Shown here one piece after another: positions 9,250 to 18,637 of a stretch of 64,000 bases of DNA (positions are counted from its first letter, which is position 1; each line of letters opens with the position of its first letter). A model generated the notes under the pieces. The model was not told where the DNA came from and ran no database searches. It was given only the letters and a program-made list of their open reading frames with translations. The DNA is taken from positions 51,787-115,786 of the forward strand of contig CAMTVF010000009.1 in NCBI GenBank assembly GCA_947085115.1, given 5' to 3'. The DNA is from an uncultured Opitutaceae bacterium. Lineage in GTDB: Bacteria > Verrucomicrobiota > Verrucomicrobiia > Opitutales > Opitutaceae. Made by a program: the position numbers and the translations under genes.

Positions 9250-10347
9250 GTGAGCAAGAAACCATCCCCCTCCAAAAAGCCCGACGACGGGTCCCCGCCC
9301 TACAATGCCCGCCAAGCCCCGGTGAACGCACGGCTCGGCCAGGACGAATTGATCACGTTCTACCGCGACATGGTGCGCATCCGTCGCTTTGAGGAGCGCT
9401 GTCTCCGGAGTTACCAGCAGGGGAAGATCGGCGGGTTCCTTCACCTTTACATCGGCCAGGAGTCCATCGCGGTGGGCTGCGCTTCCGTCATGGGCAAGCA
9501 CGACCATATCATCACGGCCTACCGCGACCACGGTCACGCCATCGCGGTCGGCATGGGTTTCAACGAGCTCATGGCCGAAAACTACGGCAAATACACCGGT
9601 TGTTCGAAGGGCAAAGGTGGTTCGATGCACTATTTCGACCCGACCCGTCATTTCTGGGGCGGCCACGGCATTGTCGGTGGCCAGATCCCGTTGGGCACCG
9701 GTCTCGCCTTCGGACTCAAATACAAGGGGCTCAAGGGCGCGTGCATGGCGTTCATGGGCGACGGGGCGGTCAACCAAGGCGCGGTCCACGAATCCTACAA
9801 TCTCGCGGCCCTGTGGAATCTGCCTGTCATTTTCGTGATCGAGAACAACGGCTACTCGATGGGCACCAGCCAGGCGCGCTCCTCCGCCGCTCCGAGCCTC
9901 GCGCAGCGCGCCGACGGCTACGGAATGAATTGGGAGATCGCCGAGAACGGTCACGACATCCTCGAGGTGCGCGACAAGTTCGACCGCCTCCTCAAGCTCG
10001 CGCACGAAGAGTCGAAGCCGAGCGTGCTCGAAATCCGCACCTACCGTTACCGCGGCCACTCCGTTGCCGATCCGGACTCCACCTATCGCGAAAAAAAGGA
10101 GGTGGAGGACTACAAGACGAACAAGGATCCGATCCTCACCTTCCAAAAGGCGCTCCTCGCCGAGGGAGCGTTGACGGACGGGTTGATCAAACAAATCGAC
10201 GATGCGGCCCGCGCCGAGTCCGAGACTTCCGCGCAATTCGCCGATGCCAGCCCCTTCCCGACCGTCGATGACATCAAGAAGGACGTCTATTGGGAGGCGG
10301 ATAATCCCGCTGACCGCAAATCCGTTGGCTCGCTCTTCTTCGACTGA
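9250..10347 (+). CDS. pdhA: Pyruvate dehydrogenase E1 alpha
   Basis: GFLHLYIGQE, KGKGGSMH, TPP motif GDGA...ENN, RYRGHS. Start estimated at GTG 9250 within ORF 9016-10347. Confidence 0.95.
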   Translation: MSKKPSPSKKPDDGSPPYNARQAPVNARLGQDELITFYRDMVRIRRFEERCLRSYQQGKIGGFLHLYIGQESIAVGCASVMGKHDHIITAYRDHGHAIAVGMGFNELMAENYGKYTGCSKGKGGSMHYFDPTRHFWGGHGIVGGQIPLGTGLAFGLKYKGLKGACMAFMGDGAVNQGAVHESYNLAALWNLPVIFVIENNGYSMGTSQARSSAAPSLAQRADGYGMNWEIAENGHDILEVRDKFDRLLKLAHEESKPSVLEIRTYRYRGHSVADPDSTYREKKEVEDYKTNKDPILTFQKALLAEGALTDGLIKQIDDAARAESETSAQFADASPFPTVDDIKKDVYWEADNPADRKSVGSLFFD

Positions 10348-10385
10348 GCGCCGCCCTTGCCCACTCCTTTAAACTCTCTCCGAAA

Positions 10386-11363
10386 ATGCCAGTCATCACT
10401 TACCGCGAAGCACTCCGCCACGCCATGTGCGAGGAAATCGAGCGCGACGAAAACGTCATCCTCATGGGTGAAGAAGTCGGCCAATTCCACGGCGCCTACA
10501 AAGTCTCCGAGGGCATGTTGGCCAAATACGGCCCGAAGCGCATCATCGACACGCCGATCAGTGAGGCTGCCTTCATCGGCGCCGGCATCGGTGCCTCCCT
10601 CCTCGGCGTGCGCCCGGTCATGGAGCTGATGTTCTTCAGCTTCTACACCGTCGCTTTCGACCAGATCTTTAACAACGCAGCCAACATGCGCTACATGTCC
10701 GGCGGCCTGACGCACTGCCCGATCGTCATCCGCGGCCCCGCCAACGGCGGCACGAACGTCGGCGCCACGCACTCGCATACGCCCGAGGGCATCGCCGCCT
10801 ACCATCCCGGCATCAAGGTCGTCGTCCCCTCCAACGCCTACGACGCCAAGGGCCTGATGAAGTCCGCCATCCGCGACAACGACCCCGTCATGTTCATGGA
10901 AAACACCATGCTCTACGGCGAATCCTGCGAAGTGCCGAATGAGGAATACCTCGTTCCCCTCGGCAAGGCCAACATCCTCCGCCAAGGCACCGATCTCTCG
11001 ATCATCGGCCACGGCCGCCCGATCCGGTTGGCACTCCAAGCCGCCGACCTCCTCAAGGAGAAACACAACATCAACGCCGAGGTCATCGACCTCCGATCGA
11101 TTCGTCCGCTCGACGAGGAGACCATTCTCAACTCCGTCAAGAAGACCAACCGCGCGCTCTTCGTCGAGGAGGCCAAGCCATTCTGTTCGGTCGGCGCGAT
11201 GGTCGCGTGCATCATTCAGGAAAAGGCGTTTGATTACCTCGACGCTCCCGTGAAACGCGTCACCTCGATGGATTCGCCGGCGATTTACTGCCCGCCCCTC
11301 GAAAAGATTCAGCTCCCCAACGTCGACCGCATCTTCGCCGCCGCCCTCGACCTCCTCAAGTAA
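10386..11363 (+). CDS. pdhB: Pyruvate dehydrogenase E1 beta
   Basis: GEEVGQFHGAYKVS, DTPISE, EVIDLRSIRPLD, FDYLDAP. Confidence 0.96.
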   Translation: MPVITYREALRHAMCEEIERDENVILMGEEVGQFHGAYKVSEGMLAKYGPKRIIDTPISEAAFIGAGIGASLLGVRPVMELMFFSFYTVAFDQIFNNAANMRYMSGGLTHCPIVIRGPANGGTNVGATHSHTPEGIAAYHPGIKVVVPSNAYDAKGLMKSAIRDNDPVMFMENTMLYGESCEVPNEEYLVPLGKANILRQGTDLSIIGHGRPIRLALQAADLLKEKHNINAEVIDLRSIRPLDEETILNSVKKTNRALFVEEAKPFCSVGAMVACIIQEKAFDYLDAPVKRVTSMDSPAIYCPPLEKIQLPNVDRIFAAALDLLK

Positions 11364-11396
11364 CCCGCCAGCCGGCGCTCCCACCCCCTTTCTCCC

Positions 11397-12773
11397 ATGG
11401 CCAACATCATCGATATGCCGAAACTCAGCGACACCATGACAGTGGGTACGCTGATCAAGTGGCTGAAAAAAGAAGGCGATGCCGTGAAATCCGGCGACAT
11501 CCTCGCCGAAGTCGAAACCGACAAGGCGACGATGGAACTCGAGTCGTTCTTCGACGGCACGCTGGTGAAGATTTTCACGCCCGAAGGTTCGCAAATCGCC
11601 GTCGGCGCGCCTCTCTGCGCCATCGGCGAAAAGGGCGAAAAAGTTGACGCGCCTGCTGCGGACAAGCCGGCCGAGTCAGCGAAGCCGGACGCCTCCGCCG
11701 AGTCTCCGAAAGCCGACGAGAAAGCCGAAGCAAAGGCCGATGCCAAGGCGGAATCCAAGGCCGAAGCTGAGCCCGCAACCGATGCCAAAGAAGAAGCCGC
11801 TTCCGACGAAGTTGATGAACCGGCCGCCGCCGCCGCCTCGACCGGCCGCCTAAAAATTTCCCCGCTCGCGCGCAAACTCGCCGCGATCAACAAAGTCGAT
11901 CCCGCCCGCCTCACCGGCACCGGCCCGCACGGCCGCATCGTCAAAGCCGACGTGCTCGCCGCCGTCGCCGATCCGTCGAAGTTGAAAGCCGCCACGTCCG
12001 CTGCTTCCGGCAAAGCCGCCGCAGCGCCTGCCAAATCCAGCGCGACCTTCGCGGGAGGTGCCCCCGGTCGCACGGGTCCGATTCAGGAAGCCCGCACCGT
12101 GCCGGCCTCGAACATGAGGGCGACAATCGCAAAGCGCCTGCTCGAGGCCAAAACACAGATCCCCCATTTCTATCTCGAGATCGAAGTCGATACCGAGCCA
12201 CTTTTCGCCGTCCGCGCCGATCTCAACGCCGCCTTCGAAAAGGACGGCGTCAAACTCTCCGTCAACGACTTCATCTTGAAGGCCAGCGCCGAGGCGCTCC
12301 GCCGCGTCCCCGGCGTCAATGCCTCGTGGACCGGCACCGGCATCCAATACCACGCCGCCGCGCACGTCTCCTTTGCCGTCGCGATCGATGACGGCCTGAT
12401 CACGCCGGTCATCCGCGACACGCACACGAAGTCGGTCTTCGCGGTCAGTGCCGAAGCCAAGCCGCTCGGCAAACGCGCCAAGGAAAAAAAGCTCAAGCCC
12501 GACGAGTTCACCGGCGGAACCTTCTGCGTTTCCAATCTCGGCATGATGGGCGTGAAGAATTTCTCCGCCATCATCAACCCGCCGAATGCCGCCATTCTCG
12601 CTGTCGGCGCCACTGTCACCAAACCGGTCGTGAAAAACGGCCAGATCGTGGTCGGGCAGACGATGACGCTGACGCTCTCGTGCGACCACCGCGTCGTGGA
12701 CGGCGCACTAGGCGCGCAATTTCTTGCCGCAATGAAGGACCTGCTCGAAAAGCCCGCGCTCTTGCTGGTGTAG
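11397..12773 (+). CDS. pdhC: Pyruvate dehydrogenase E2 dihydrolipoamide acetyltransferase
   Basis: Lipoyl ETDKAT; E3-binding SPLARKLA...GTGPHGRI; catalytic DHRVVDG. Confidence 0.96.
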   Translation: MANIIDMPKLSDTMTVGTLIKWLKKEGDAVKSGDILAEVETDKATMELESFFDGTLVKIFTPEGSQIAVGAPLCAIGEKGEKVDAPAADKPAESAKPDASAESPKADEKAEAKADAKAESKAEAEPATDAKEEAASDEVDEPAAAAASTGRLKISPLARKLAAINKVDPARLTGTGPHGRIVKADVLAAVADPSKLKAATSAASGKAAAAPAKSSATFAGGAPGRTGPIQEARTVPASNMRATIAKRLLEAKTQIPHFYLEIEVDTEPLFAVRADLNAAFEKDGVKLSVNDFILKASAEALRRVPGVNASWTGTGIQYHAAAHVSFAVAIDDGLITPVIRDTHTKSVFAVSAEAKPLGKRAKEKKLKPDEFTGGTFCVSNLGMMGVKNFSAIINPPNAAILAVGATVTKPVVKNGQIVVGQTMTLTLSCDHRVVDGALGAQFLAAMKDLLEKPALLLV

Positions 12774-12832
12774 CGCGGAGCCGTGGATTGGGGATATCCG
12801 CCCTGACATTGCCTCGGTCTTTTCAGGCGGTT

Positions 12833-12932
12833 CGGGGAGCGCACGCATGCTGGTTTCGGCGTCCCGCCGAGAGCGGATCGGATGGCTCGGGCGGGACGCC
12901 CAAGCCGACACGCGAGACGCGTGTGCTCCCCG
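12833..12932. repeat. REP/REPIN-like inverted repeat pair, family A
   Basis: Left arm CGGGGAGCGCACGC...TTTCGGCGTCCCGCCGA; the right arm reverse complement reads CGGGGAGCACACGCGTCTCGCGTGTCGGCTTGGGCGTCCCGCCCGA; internal hairpin CACGCG-aga-CGCGTG; partial extra copy at 12967-12981. Confidence 0.75.
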
Positions 12933-12987
12933 GAGCCTCTCCCGAATCCGCACAAGCTTCACCCATCGCCCAAGCCGACACCTCCGC

Positions 12988-13080
12988 AGGTGGAGCGGGT
13001 TGACCCCAACACGCTTTTGCAGAGCGAACCCAACGCGTTGAGGTCAACGCGTTCCACCCCGAACCCAACGCGTTCCACCT
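12988..13080. repeat. REP-like inverted repeat pair, family B (GGTGGAACGCGTTGACCTCAACGCGTT)
   Basis: Degenerate left copy GGTGGAGCGGGTTGACCCCAACACGCTT; inverted right copy AACGCGTTGAGGTCAACGCGTTCCACC; tandem partial copy GAACCCAACGCGTTCCACCT. Confidence 0.75.
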
Positions 13081-13171
13081 CGGCAGCAGGTCGCGCCGCC
13101 AGAATCTCTGCGGACGGTTCCTGGCAATTCCCTGTCAGGCCACTGTCATGATTGCGCTGTTTCCCAGATCG

Positions 13172-13194
13172 CTTGTAACCTATTAGGTTACAAG
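13172..13194. repeat. AT-cored palindrome, copy 1 (CTTGTAACCTA-T-TAGGTTACAAG)
   Basis: Perfect 11-bp arms with a 1-nt centre. Confidence 0.85.
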
Positions 13195-13434
13195 TGGAGC
13201 CGCCACTCTCGCACGAGGAACAGCACACAGTCTTTGCGGCACGCCGACGAGCGGCGGCCCTATAGGGCTCCCCGGGGAAATCCTCCGCAGAAACGGCGCG
13301 TTGACCTCACTTACAATTGTCCCCGCGCCGGAAGGCTGGCCGCATTTGCTCGACACTCTCCCTCTGTATCCGGCAACCTCATGCGGCTTCGCAGCCCCCA
13401 AGGCGGCGGAGTCAGCCGAACTCTCCCAAGCCCG

Positions 13435-16080
13435 ATGGAAGTTACCAAGCTGTCCGCCACGCTCTTCTCCCCAGCCGTAACGGCGCGGTTGATCGGCATT
13501 CGCGGGAGACTTGTCCTGCTGGTGCTGGTCGCCGCACTGCCGCTGCTCACGCTGATCGGTCTCGATGCGAAGAGGGAAATTGCCCATGAGCGTGCGGTCG
13601 CGCTTGAGCGCCTCCAGGCGCGCGCCCACTCCATCGCCGCCCGACTCGACGATCAGCTCGGCAACATCGATACGCTCCTCATCGGCCTCTCCCACTTGGT
13701 GTCCGCGAACCCGGACAACATAGCCCAAAACGAGGAAATTTTCCGCAGCATCGCCCGGGATCTTCCGCCCTACTACCTCAATGTGAAGGCCCAGTCGCTC
13801 GATGGCGGCGCCCTCGGCTCCACGAGTGGCAACCGCGATGTCACCGTGGCCGATCGCGACTATTTCCGCGCAGCCATCGAGAGGCGCGGCCTTGTTGTGG
13901 ACCAACCGCTCGTCTCGCGCACGAAGGGCCGCTGGTCGCTCACGCTGGCCCGGACGCTGTTTGATCCGGCTGGTGAGGTGGCGGGCATGGTGGGCGTGTC
14001 GTTCGACCTGGCCAAGCTGGAGACCTTGCTCGAAGGCGAGGCGCTGGGAGAAACGGCGCTCATCACGGTCATCAACGAAAAGCACCTCATCCTCGCGCGG
14101 TCGACCGACGCCGCGCAATGGATTGGCCAGGCGAGTCCCGACAACCCGATGCTCGGCCGGGCGATGGTGGACCGCGAGGGCGCGGTGGAGTTCACTTCGC
14201 GAGACGGCACGAAATTCCTCGCCGGCTTCAGCACCTGTTCGCGAGCGCCGTGGCTGGTCTTTGCGCAGCTGCCCAGCGCCACCGCTTTAGCATCGCTTGA
14301 GCAGAAATTCCGCCGGGCACTTCTCCTCATCGCCATCGCCCTCGCCTTGACCCTTGCCCTGGCCTGGTTCATCGGTGGCCGCATCGTCCGGCCGCTGCGC
14401 CACCTAGCGGCTGACGCCGCCACCCTCGGCGCGGGCGGCGAGTTGCGACCCAACAATGTCGCTTACAGCGGTGAAATCGGGCAACTCGCCCGCTCCTTCA
14501 ACCAGATGCTCGCCACGCTCGCCCAACGCGACGCCGCGCTCCGCCGCAGCGAGGCGCAATTCCGCACCCTGATTGAGAACTCAGGCGACGGCATCTTCAT
14601 CACCGATCCCGAGGGCGTCTATGTCGAGGTCAACGCCAGCGGCGAGCGCATGATCGGCTGGAAGCGCGAGGAACTGGTCGGCCAGCAAATCGCAGCCATC
14701 CTCGCACCCGAGGAGCAGGTGCGGATCGCACCTGAGCTGGCCCGGTTGATGACCGGCGAAACGGTTGTGAGTGAATGGCAGTTGCAACGAAAGGACGGAT
14801 CGACATTTCCGGGCGAAATCAGCTCCAAGCGCCTGCCGGACGGACGCCTGCTGGGGGTGCTGCGCGACATCGCTGGGCGGAAGCGGGCGGCGGCGGATCA
14901 GGAGCAACTCGAAAGGAAACTGCAGGACACGCAAAAGCTCGAAAGCCTCGGCGTGCTGGCCGGCGGAATCGCCCACGACTTCAGCAATCTCCTCACCGGC
15001 ATCCTCGGCAACGCCAGCTTGGCGGCCATGGAACTGCCCGTCGGGTCACCCGTGCAGGCTTACATTGATCAGATCAGCAAAGCTTCGCTGCGCGCTGCGG
15101 ATCTTTGCAAACAGATGCTCGCCTACTCTGGCAAGGGAAGGTTTGTCGTGCAAAGGCTTCAGCTCAACAAGCTCGTGGAGGAGACCACCCAGCTCCTCCA
15201 GCTTTCCATCAGCAAACAGGCGGTGCTGCGCTTCAATCTTTACCCGACGCTGCCGGTCATCGAGGCCGACGGGACCCAAATCCGTCAGGTGGTCATGAAC
15301 CTCGTCATCAACGCCTCCGAGGCGATCGGCTCCAAGAGCGGCGTGATCAGCGTGACCACCGGCCTGACGCGAGTGGACCGGACGTATCTGGGCGGCACGT
15401 TGCTCGCGCCCGAGCTGCCGGAAGGCACCTACGTCCATCTGGAGGTGTCGGACAGCGGCACCGGCATGACGCCCGAGACCCAGGCCAAGATATTCGAGCC
15501 GTTCTTCACGACCAAGTTCACCGGCCGGGGTCTCGGTCTGGCTGCCGTGCTCGGCATCGTGCGCGGTCACAAGGGTGCGATCAAGATCTACTCGGAGCCG
15601 GGCCGTGGCACGACGTTCAAGTTGCTTTTCCCCTGTGCGACTGGCGATGAGGAACTCGGGGCGGCGGACGGTATCGCCAAGGATTTGTGGCGCGGACACG
15701 GTTGCGTGCTCGTGGTTGACGACGACGAGTCGGTCCGCAGCACGGCATCGGCGATGCTTCGGAAGCTGGGGTTCGAGGCCGCTCTGGCGCGCGATGGCCG
15801 GGAAGCCGTGTCCGCCTTCCGAGCGGAGCCCGACCGCTTTGCCTTGGTGTTGATGGACCTGACGATGCCGCATCTCGACGGCGAGCAGGCCTTCGCCGAG
15901 TTGCGCCGGATTCGCCCCAACGCCCGCGTGGTGCTGATGAGTGGCTTCAACCAGCATGAGGCAGTCTCGCGGTTCACCGGCAAGGGTCTTGCGAGTTTCC
16001 TGCAAAAGCCGTTTCAGGTCGAGTCGCTGAGCGCGACACTGCAGGGTGCCCTAGCTGGCACGCCAAATTCCGACAGGTGA
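13435..16080 (+). CDS. Hybrid sensor histidine kinase (TM-Cache-TM-HAMP-PAS-HisKA-HATPase-REC, CckA-like)
   Basis: DRDYF Cache motif; H-box LAGGIAHDFSNLL; QVVMNLVINA; DSGTGM; FEPFFTTK; GRGLGLA; receiver VVDDD...DLTMP...FLQKPF. Start uncertain (13381 or 13435). Confidence 0.93.
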   Translation: MEVTKLSATLFSPAVTARLIGIRGRLVLLVLVAALPLLTLIGLDAKREIAHERAVALERLQARAHSIAARLDDQLGNIDTLLIGLSHLVSANPDNIAQNEEIFRSIARDLPPYYLNVKAQSLDGGALGSTSGNRDVTVADRDYFRAAIERRGLVVDQPLVSRTKGRWSLTLARTLFDPAGEVAGMVGVSFDLAKLETLLEGEALGETALITVINEKHLILARSTDAAQWIGQASPDNPMLGRAMVDREGAVEFTSRDGTKFLAGFSTCSRAPWLVFAQLPSATALASLEQKFRRALLLIAIALALTLALAWFIGGRIVRPLRHLAADAATLGAGGELRPNNVAYSGEIGQLARSFNQMLATLAQRDAALRRSEAQFRTLIENSGDGIFITDPEGVYVEVNASGERMIGWKREELVGQQIAAILAPEEQVRIAPELARLMTGETVVSEWQLQRKDGSTFPGEISSKRLPDGRLLGVLRDIAGRKRAAADQEQLERKLQDTQKLESLGVLAGGIAHDFSNLLTGILGNASLAAMELPVGSPVQAYIDQISKASLRAADLCKQMLAYSGKGRFVVQRLQLNKLVEETTQLLQLSISKQAVLRFNLYPTLPVIEADGTQIRQVVMNLVINASEAIGSKSGVISVTTGLTRVDRTYLGGTLLAPELPEGTYVHLEVSDSGTGMTPETQAKIFEPFFTTKFTGRGLGLAAVLGIVRGHKGAIKIYSEPGRGTTFKLLFPCATGDEELGAADGIAKDLWRGHGCVLVVDDDESVRSTASAMLRKLGFEAALARDGREAVSAFRAEPDRFALVLMDLTMPHLDGEQAFAELRRIRPNARVVLMSGFNQHEAVSRFTGKGLASFLQKPFQVESLSATLQGALAGTPNSDR

Positions 16081-16401
16081 CGCAGGGAAGCCCCGGCGCG
16101 TCGCGGAAAACGCTTAGGCGAATGCGCGCTCCCTGCGCAATGCTTCCACGTTGTAAAAGGCCTGCTCCAATACCACTCACAAATTGATTCTGGACCATGG
16201 CGCGAGCGTCCCGGGTAGGGCTGAGCGGCCCGCACCGTCGATTTGAGCTGCAAGAAATCTCCGGGGCACGGGTGAAATTTCAGCAATCTCCGGGGGGTGC
16301 GTCCTCGTGGACGCGGCCATTGGACAAGTCTTCAAAATCCCGCTTTTAAAACCCAATTTTGTCCTCAAGAACTGAATTTTTGCGCCGACTTCTAGGGAAC
16401 C

Positions 16402-16551
16402 ATGGGGAAAGCCGGACGCATTGAAGATTCCAACGCTTGGCTCGAACAGGATCGTCGTGAACGCTTTCGTTTGGCGGCGACCCTCTTGACCTATGTCGGC
16501 GCAGTCTTCGCCGGAGTCGTCATGCTCGCTGTCGGCCTCGCTCAAAACTGA
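16402..16551 (+). CDS. Small single-TM protein, 49 aa (below the ORF-track cutoff)
   Basis: MGKAGRIEDSNAWLEQDRRERFRLAATLLTYVGAVFAGVVMLAVGLAQN; AGGGAA just upstream; AT-rich promoter-like region before it. Confidence 0.6.
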   Translation: MGKAGRIEDSNAWLEQDRRERFRLAATLLTYVGAVFAGVVMLAVGLAQN

Positions 16552-16684
16552 GCGACCCGCCGAATTGCTGCCCGTGCCCTCGTTTCCGGGCGCGCCAGCC
16601 AAACTTTTTGCGCGCAGCGCGCTTTCTTGCTGCTGCGGTTTTTGTTTTCTGCATTCGGCAACGCAGGCGAAAAGGAATCGGCGA

Positions 16685-18637
16685 CTATCTTTCCGCCCGC
16701 TGCCTTGCGTCGGCTTCGATCAAGGCGCGCAGAGCGTCGAGCGTCGCCTTGGCCTTGGCCTTCGCAGCGGTCAGATCAGCGGCAGTCGCGACCGGTTCAC
16801 TGGCGAAGAGGTAAAACTTCATCTTCGGTTCCGTGCCGCTGCCGCGCGCTGCAAAGGAGTAACCATTGGCAAGCGTGACCAGATAAAGATCCTGCGTGGG
16901 GATTTGCTCGCCGTCGTTGTCGAAGAATTTCTCCCGTCCAAAATCCTGGAAGCGCGTCACGGCTGTGTCCCCGAATCCCTTCGGCGGCGACGCCCGGTAG
17001 GAATCGAGGATGCGCTTGATCTTCGCCGCGCCGGTCGCGCCTTCGTAGTAGATGTTGATCACACCCTCGAGGAAGAAGCCGCAGCGCAGGTAGAGTTCGT
17101 CGAGATACTCCGGCACCGTGAGCCCGCGTGCTTTCACCCACGCGCACAACTCCGCCAGCATCACGCAGGCGGAATTACCGTCTTTGTCGCGGAGAAAATC
17201 GTTGGGCAGGTAACCGTAACTCTCCTCCGTGCCGAAAAGGTAGAACGTGCCGTGTTCTTGCAGCAGCGCGGCGCGTTTACGGAAGGGCGTCGCGTCGTAG
17301 TCGAAGCCCGCGCCCATCGCCTCCACAAGCTTCCGCTCGTAGCCGCGCATCTTGGCCGCAATCCATTTGAAACCCGTGAGCGTGTTGATGACCTTCACGC
17401 CATGCGCCCTGCCGACGGCATCCTGCAACGGCGACGTGACAAAGGTTTTCACGATGCAGGCCGCCTGTGTCCCGGCCTGCGGAATCCAGCCGAGTTCCTT
17501 GTATTTGCCGACGCGGTAGTCCGCGAGCAGTGCGCCGGTCTGGTTGCCGGTGAGGGTTTCCATCTTCCCAGCACGGTTGCGCACGGCGATGCCTACGCGA
17601 TCGCTGTCGGGATCAGTCGCCATCACGACATCGTGCCCGCCCTTCTCGGCGAGCGCCACGGCGAGCGCGAGCGCTTCGGCGTTCTCCGGATTGGCGGATT
17701 TCACCGTGGGAAAGCGCGGGTCAAACTCGGCCTGCTCCGCCACCTGAATGACATCGACGTCGAAGCGTTTGAACAACGGCATCGTCGAGACGCCGCCGAC
17801 GCCGTGGATGTTGGTGTAAACAACGCGCAAATCCGAATTGCGGAGCAAGTCGCCGTCGATGACCGCTTGGGCGGCCACATCGAGGTAGGCTGCGTCGGCG
17901 TCCACCCCCAGCGTCTTCACTGCACTCACGTCAATTTCCTGAAATTCGTGCACCGCTCCGAGCGGCACCGCATTCACCTGGGCGATGATGCCCGAGTCGT
18001 GCGGCGGGGTGACTTGGGCGCCGTCATCGAAGTAGGCTTTGAATCCATTATCGTGCGGTGGATTGTGGCTGGCGGTGATCACCGCGCCACAATGCGCCTT
18101 CAACCAGCGCACCGAGAAACTCAACTGCGGAGTCGAGCGCGGGCCGTCGAAGATGTGCGCCTCGCCGCCCAGCTTCGTCCAAGTTGACGCCGCGAGTTCG
18201 CAGAAGTGCCGGGAGAAATGGCGCACATCGTGCGCGATCACGATCCGCGGGGGCGTTGCGTTCCCGGTTTGATCGAGGTAACCCTTCACGTAGCGAAAGA
18301 GGCCGATCATGGCGCGCGTGAGCGTGAAATCATTCAACAGGTTGCTGCCCACCCCGGCGTGAGCGGGTGAGCCCGAGGCGGAAAGCGTGCCGGTTTCGGC
18401 CTGGGCACCCACGGCGCCGATCGTGCGTCCCCGCAAGCCACCGGTGCCAAACTCCATGTAGCGGTAGAAGCGATCATTCAGTTCCGCCCATTCTTCCCGT
18501 TCGACCAACTCGTCCATGCTGAGCTGCGCCCACCCGGGCAAACCCGCCTGCCACCACGCGGTGAAATTTTCGACGGTGCCGGGAAGCAAATGGCCGGCCT
18601 GGGCGGCCGCAGAAAATTTCTCGGGAAGTGGAATCAT
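16685..18637 (-). CDS. pgm: Phosphoglucomutase/phosphomannomutase
   Basis: FGTGGLRG, phosphoserine TASHNP, metal loop DPDSDR, GTEESYG, RGSGTEPKMKFY. Confidence 0.93.
   Translation of the reverse strand: MIPLPEKFSAAAQAGHLLPGTVENFTAWWQAGLPGWAQLSMDELVEREEWAELNDRFYRYMEFGTGGLRGRTIGAVGAQAETGTLSASGSPAHAGVGSNLLNDFTLTRAMIGLFRYVKGYLDQTGNATPPRIVIAHDVRHFSRHFCELAASTWTKLGGEAHIFDGPRSTPQLSFSVRWLKAHCGAVITASHNPPHDNGFKAYFDDGAQVTPPHDSGIIAQVNAVPLGAVHEFQEIDVSAVKTLGVDADAAYLDVAAQAVIDGDLLRNSDLRVVYTNIHGVGGVSTMPLFKRFDVDVIQVAEQAEFDPRFPTVKSANPENAEALALAVALAEKGGHDVVMATDPDSDRVGIAVRNRAGKMETLTGNQTGALLADYRVGKYKELGWIPQAGTQAACIVKTFVTSPLQDAVGRAHGVKVINTLTGFKWIAAKMRGYERKLVEAMGAGFDYDATPFRKRAALLQEHGTFYLFGTEESYGYLPNDFLRDKDGNSACVMLAELCAWVKARGLTVPEYLDELYLRCGFFLEGVINIYYEGATGAAKIKRILDSYRASPPKGFGDTAVTRFQDFGREKFFDNDGEQIPTQDLYLVTLANGYSFAARGSGTEPKMKFYLFASEPVATAADLTAAKAKAKATLDALRALIEADARQRAER

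Noticed and set aside
11640-11850. Low-complexity Ala/Glu/Lys/Pro repeats in pdhC
   Set aside because: Normal flexible linker of E2 subunits.
9250-12773. Absence of lpdA (E3) from the pdh cluster
   Set aside because: E3 is commonly encoded elsewhere and shared among complexes; not unusual.
12833-13080. Possible CRISPR array
   Set aside because: The repeats are inverted and of different families, with no regular repeat-spacer period and no cas genes.
16177-16602. 141-aa minus-strand ORF
   Set aside because: No motifs, and it overlaps the better-supported 49-aa plus-strand ORF and its promoter region.
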